64,000 nucleotides of DNA from an uncultured Spirochaetota bacterium. GTDB taxonomy: Bacteria; Spirochaetota; Spirochaetia; SZUA-6; Fen-1364. The stretch's first letter is position 1. Every line of letters begins with the position of its first letter. Positions 60,174 through 64,000 of this stretch are shown one piece after another. The notes below the pieces were generated by a model. That model did not search any database, was not told where the DNA came from, and saw only the letters and a list, made by a program, of their open reading frames with translations. The DNA lies in the NCBI GenBank assembly GCA_963734545.1, contig CAVTHO010000005.1, forward strand, positions 96,001 to 160,000, given 5' to 3'. The translations under genes and the position numbers were made by a program.

Positions 60174-60992
60174 CTACCGGGAGCTGTCCGACGTAATGGC
60201 GCGCCGCGGCCCGCGCGCCGGGGTGTACAGCTGCCTGCCGAATGCCTGACCCGCAATCGCGCCCGCAACGGTGACGCCTATGGCGACGATGCAGCCGACA
60301 ACGATCTCCTGGAGCCGAGCCTGGCGGATGATCTCCCCGGCAAGCGCCCAGACGACGACTGCGGGGAAAACGAGCTCCCGTTGATGGAGCGACATGAACA
60401 CGGACAGGGCGGCCGTCAGGAAGGAGAAGATCACGGCCCAGCCGATGGGCGATACACCCATGCCCTTGAATCCGGCCCAGGGGAGCAGCGCCGCCGCGTT
60501 TGCGATCGTTGAGACGCAGATCCAGGCGAGATACAGGCTGAACGGCACGAGCACGAACAGGCGCTCTGTCCATCGCGGGGTGGTTCTCCGGCACTCCTCG
60601 CCGCGCTGGAAAAGGTAGATGGCGCTGAGGGCGAAGAGCAGCACGAGGATCGCCACCATGCTGAGAAAATAGGTGCCGAAATGCCAGGCGAAAAGCCAGC
60701 CCGCGTTCGCCAGGCATGTCGCGGCAAACAAACCGTCCGTGGCGCGGATGCGCGGATTGTTCCACTGCGAGGGAAGAAGCTGGTACACGGCGAAAGCGAG
60801 CAGGGCGAGATAGATCAGGCCCCAGATCGAGAAGGCATACGCGGCAGGCTCGAACAGGACGTGGAAGCTGTCGGCAATCTCACCCGGTGTGCGGCCGTTC
60901 AGGGGAAGCACAACCGAAACGACATTCACCGCCAGAACGCCGGCGAGCAGCACCCAGTTGATGACGCCCCATACCATCGCCCTGTAGCTCAC
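60174..60992 (-). CDS. TspO/MBR-like tryptophan-rich membrane protein
   Basis: FEPAAYAFSIWGLIY, NAGWLFAW and FSLYLAWI..STIAN motifs. Confidence 0.78.
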   Translation of the reverse strand: MSYRAMVWGVINWVLLAGVLAVNVVSVVLPLNGRTPGEIADSFHVLFEPAAYAFSIWGLIYLALLAFAVYQLLPSQWNNPRIRATDGLFAATCLANAGWLFAWHFGTYFLSMVAILVLLFALSAIYLFQRGEECRRTTPRWTERLFVLVPFSLYLAWICVSTIANAAALLPWAGFKGMGVSPIGWAVIFSFLTAALSVFMSLHQRELVFPAVVVWALAGEIIRQARLQEIVVGCIVAIGVTVAGAIAGQAFGRQLYTPARGPRRAITSDSSR

Positions 60993-61232
60993 TCCTGCCT
61001 CCCTGGTACCGACGCCTTGATAGTAGGCTGAACTCTTTTTGACATATTTGACCATATTGAGAGAGTGTAGCACCTTGAGAAGATGCAATTCAGGGTCAGC
61101 CGCCAGTTTTGCGGATGATGGCGTCGTGCCTCGCATTTCTATGCATGCCGTCCAATATTTTCCCCTCGCGCCCCGGAACGGCGGTACTTTATATGCATCG
61201 AATCGTCACTGCGCTTTCCCAGGAGACCCCCC

Positions 61233-62318
61233 ATGAGCATTTCCGATCTGAATGCGGCCCGGGCCGAGCCCTCTGTGCCGCCCGTCCCCCGCCTGAAGCC
61301 CCGCGCGGAGAAGCCCGCGTGGGTTTCCTCGCTCAAGCAATTCGAAAAACCGGATACGCTGAAGGTCGCTCTGCAGCTCATCGACACGTTCGTCCCCTAC
61401 GCCGCCCTGTGCGTCCTCATGTACCTGACCATGACATGGGGTGTGCCCTACTGGGCCACGCTCCTGGTCGCCGTGCCGGCAGGCGCGTTGATGCTGCGGT
61501 TGTTCATCTTCTTCCACGATTGCTGCCACGGATCGTATCTCGGCTCCCCGCTCGGCATGCAGATCATCGGCAACATTCTGGGCGTCATCGTATTCACCCC
61601 GTATGCGAACTGGCGCCACTCGCACGGGGTGCATCACACCACGGCGGGCAACCTGGACCGGCGCGGCGTGGGCGACGTCTGGACGATGACCGCGGAAGAA
61701 TACGCGGCCAGCACGCGGTTCAGGCGCCTGCGGTACAGGCTCTTCCGCAACCCGTTCATCATGTTCGGGCTGGGGCCCATCTATACGTTCCTCATCATGC
61801 ATCGCTTTCCTTCCCGGCATTCAAAGCCGAACCAGGTATTGAGCGTGCTCTTGACGGACCTCGCAATCGCGGCCATCGTCGTGGCGGCCGGCTTCACCAT
61901 CGGCATCAAGGCCTATCTGATGATCCAGCTGCCCATCCTGCTGTTCGGCGGCGCAGCCGGGGTCTGGTTGTTCTACGTGCAGCACCAGTTCGATCCCTCC
62001 TACTGGGAACGGACCGAGGATTGGGAATCCATGGAGTCCGCCATGCAGGGATCTTCCTACTACAAGCTTCCCAGGGTGTTTCAGTGGATCTCCGCCAGCA
62101 TCGGCCTGCACCACGTCCACCACCTGCGGCCGCGGATTCCCAACTACAACCTGCAGCGCTGCCTGAACCAAATCCCCGAGCTGCAGCTGCCGAATCCGCT
62201 CACGCTGGGGAGCAGCCTGAAATCCGTGCGGCTCAAGCTGTGGGACGAGAAGCGGAAGCTCCTGCTCAGCTTCCGGGAGATGGCTCTGCAGATGAGGCAG
62301 AGCCGGCCAATGGCATAG
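61233..62318 (+). CDS. des: Membrane fatty acid desaturase (Bacillus Des-like)
   Basis: His boxes HDCCH, HGVHH and HHVHH; WLFYVQHQF; IPNYNL. Confidence 0.92.
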   Translation: MSISDLNAARAEPSVPPVPRLKPRAEKPAWVSSLKQFEKPDTLKVALQLIDTFVPYAALCVLMYLTMTWGVPYWATLLVAVPAGALMLRLFIFFHDCCHGSYLGSPLGMQIIGNILGVIVFTPYANWRHSHGVHHTTAGNLDRRGVGDVWTMTAEEYAASTRFRRLRYRLFRNPFIMFGLGPIYTFLIMHRFPSRHSKPNQVLSVLLTDLAIAAIVVAAGFTIGIKAYLMIQLPILLFGGAAGVWLFYVQHQFDPSYWERTEDWESMESAMQGSSYYKLPRVFQWISASIGLHHVHHLRPRIPNYNLQRCLNQIPELQLPNPLTLGSSLKSVRLKLWDEKRKLLLSFREMALQMRQSRPMA

Positions 62319-62373
62319 CGCATCGCGGTACCCTGCGGATTCCGGGCGGACGCGTGCCGCCCCGGGCCCGCGC

Positions 62374-62718
62374 CTACTGACCCAATGATCCCTGGAGGAT
62401 ATCAGCGATCTGCCTGATCACCTCCTTGGGAATCGAGCCGATGCGCGCCTCCGCCCTTCTGGCCAGCGCCTGGAGGTCTTCGATGGTCTTGCGCGATTCG
62501 TTTACCTGCTCGACGGCGGCCTTTGCCTGGTCCTTGATGGACTGGTAATCGGCGAGCTGCGCCTTCAGTGCCGCGATCTCGGCTGCCTGCTGGTCCTGGA
62601 TCGCCTTGGCTTTGAGGTCCACGTACTGGGTCGTGGCGAGAAATCCAAGGAAGCCCGAGGTCGCGCAGCCCGAAAGGGCAACGGTCGCAAGAATGATGAC
62701 TGCCAGAAGCTTTTTCAC
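62374..62718 (-). CDS. Small coiled-coil lipoprotein
   Basis: Lipobox LSGC; AAGGAG RBS. Confidence 0.8.
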   Translation of the reverse strand: MKKLLAVIILATVALSGCATSGFLGFLATTQYVDLKAKAIQDQQAAEIAALKAQLADYQSIKDQAKAAVEQVNESRKTIEDLQALARRAEARIGSIPKEVIRQIADILQGSLGQ

Positions 62719-62893
62719 GGTGGTCTCCTTCCCCGCAAATCCTACCTGATGACTGCCGGGCCGTCCACCTTTCCTGCCGCGTGACAGGCGCGCACGCAGT
62801 GTTAGTATTCGGTTAATTCGATACCGGGAAAGCTCGAAATTCGCATCATGTGTCTTTCAATCGTGTCGATTATGGGGTTACATTGCCGTTGGC

Positions 62894-63609
62894 ATGAACG
62901 AGCTGATCACGATCGTGGAGGATGAGGACGATATCCGCGCCCTGGTCAGCGCAGGATTGAAGAAGGAGCGCTTCCGGGTGCGGGAGTATGCGGACGGCAA
63001 GGGCTTCCTCTCCTCGCTGCGCGCGGAAAAGCCGGACCTCGTTGTCCTGGACGTGATGCTTCCCGACACGGACGGCTTTGCGATCTGCCGCGGCATGCGC
63101 GCCGACAGATCACTGGCGGCAATACCCGGTGATCATGCTCACCGCCCGGGCGGAGGAAGCGGACCGGGTGCTGGGCCTGGAGCTCGGCGCGGATGACTAC
63201 GTCGTGAAGCCATTCTCTCCGAAGGAGCTGGCAGCACGGGTCAAGGCTGTCCTTCGCCGCGCGTCCCCGGAGACGGGCACGTCCCGGATCGAGGTGGCGG
63301 ACGGCCTTCTCATCGACACGGACACCATGGAAGTCACCCTCCATGGCACGAAAGCTCGAGCTCACGCAGGCTGAGTTCCGCATTCTCCATCTCCTTGCAG
63401 CGCGCATCGGCTGGGTCTTCTCCCGGGAAAAGATACTCGATCACCTCTGGGGGAATGAGAAGAACGTGACCGACCGGTCGGTGGACGTGCACGTGAAGCA
63501 CCTGCGCGACAAGCTCGGTCCAGCGGGAAAGATGATCGTCAACATACGGGGGGTGGGATACAAGCTTGCCGCTCCGGGATCGGGGCAGCGCGCGGCGGAA
63601 CGAAAATGA
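62894..63609 (+). CDS. PhoB/PhoP-like response regulator; two frameshifts
   Basis: [20 protein letters not shown] and DRSVDVHV...RGVGY across three frames. Confidence 0.88.
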
Positions 63610-64000
63610 ACAGACGCATCTTCCTGCGGGTATTTGCCGGATACGTCGTGTTGAGCCTGCTCGCCGTTCTGGTCTTTGCCGTTTATTTCCTGCGGGTCGC
63701 ACGCGGGATCTCCTACGATTCACTGACACGAGGGCTGGAAAGCGCGGCGCGCACGGCATTGGTTTCTGTTCTGCCCCTCATGAGACAGGGGCGGAGCGCC
63801 GCCCTGGACGCGCTCGCGGCCGCGGTGGGCGCGGAAGGCCGCGTACGGCTCACGGTCATCGATCCACGGGGAATCGTGCTGGCCGATTCGCAGCAGGACC
63901 CCGGCAGCATGGAGAATCACTCCAATCGACCCGAGGTTGCCGCTGCTTTCAATGGCCAGGTGGGTATGTCTTCGCGCTTCAGCGGCACGATCCGTCGATG
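63606..64000 (+). CDS. PhoR-like sensor kinase, N-terminal part (runs off window)
   Basis: Manual translation [12 protein letters not shown]...RLTVIDPRGIVLADS...MENHSNRPEV. Confidence 0.82.
   Translation, partial: MNRRIFLRVFAGYVVLSLLAVLVFAVYFLRVARGISYDSLTRGLESAARTALVSVLPLMRQGRSAALDALAAAVGAEGRVRLTVIDPRGIVLADSQQDPGSMENHSNRPEVAAAFNGQVGMSSRFSGTIRR

Noticed and set aside
1-64000. tRNA, rRNA, riboswitch, IS or prophage
   Set aside because: No recognisable cloverleaf, rRNA, aptamer, transposase, integrase or phage structural genes by eye; a covariance-model scan could still find small RNAs.

Overview
A GC-rich bacterial chromosomal segment. Gene content and lipoprotein/envelope families suggest a free-living Spirochaetia-like organism (inference). 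It carries many single-base frameshifts, nearly all +1, which look like long-read assembly errors. Layout: (1) 1-23 kb is a sugar-catabolic island with an ABC transporter, 2 SDRs, 2 FGGY kinases, Rpe, UlaE- and AraD/FucA-like enzymes, two URO-D-fold proteins, a split TPP-dependent 2-oxoacid/acetoin dehydrogenase and GntR/IclR/SorC regulators. (2) 23-40 kb holds housekeeping and stress genes (coaX, chrA, miaB, tag, nudC, hsp20, rhaB-like, ddl, ChvG/ChvI-like TCS) and some odd small proteins. (3) 40-53 kb is an adenylate cyclase and envelope-protein cluster. (4) 53.0-57.7 kb is the standout: a translationally coupled four-gene operon in which a signal-peptide, single-TM membrane protein ends in nine Ala-Cys-(His)-(Ser) repeats, directly followed by a radical SAM/SPASM enzyme with a PqqD/RRE-like N-terminus. 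This is a candidate RiPP-like system that modifies a membrane protein tail rather than a free peptide. (5) 57.7-64 kb holds TetR/ABC-2 efflux, TspO-like, desaturase and PhoB/PhoR-like genes. A dispersed GTAG-type REP-like hairpin family is also present. No rRNA, tRNA, CRISPR or transposase was seen.
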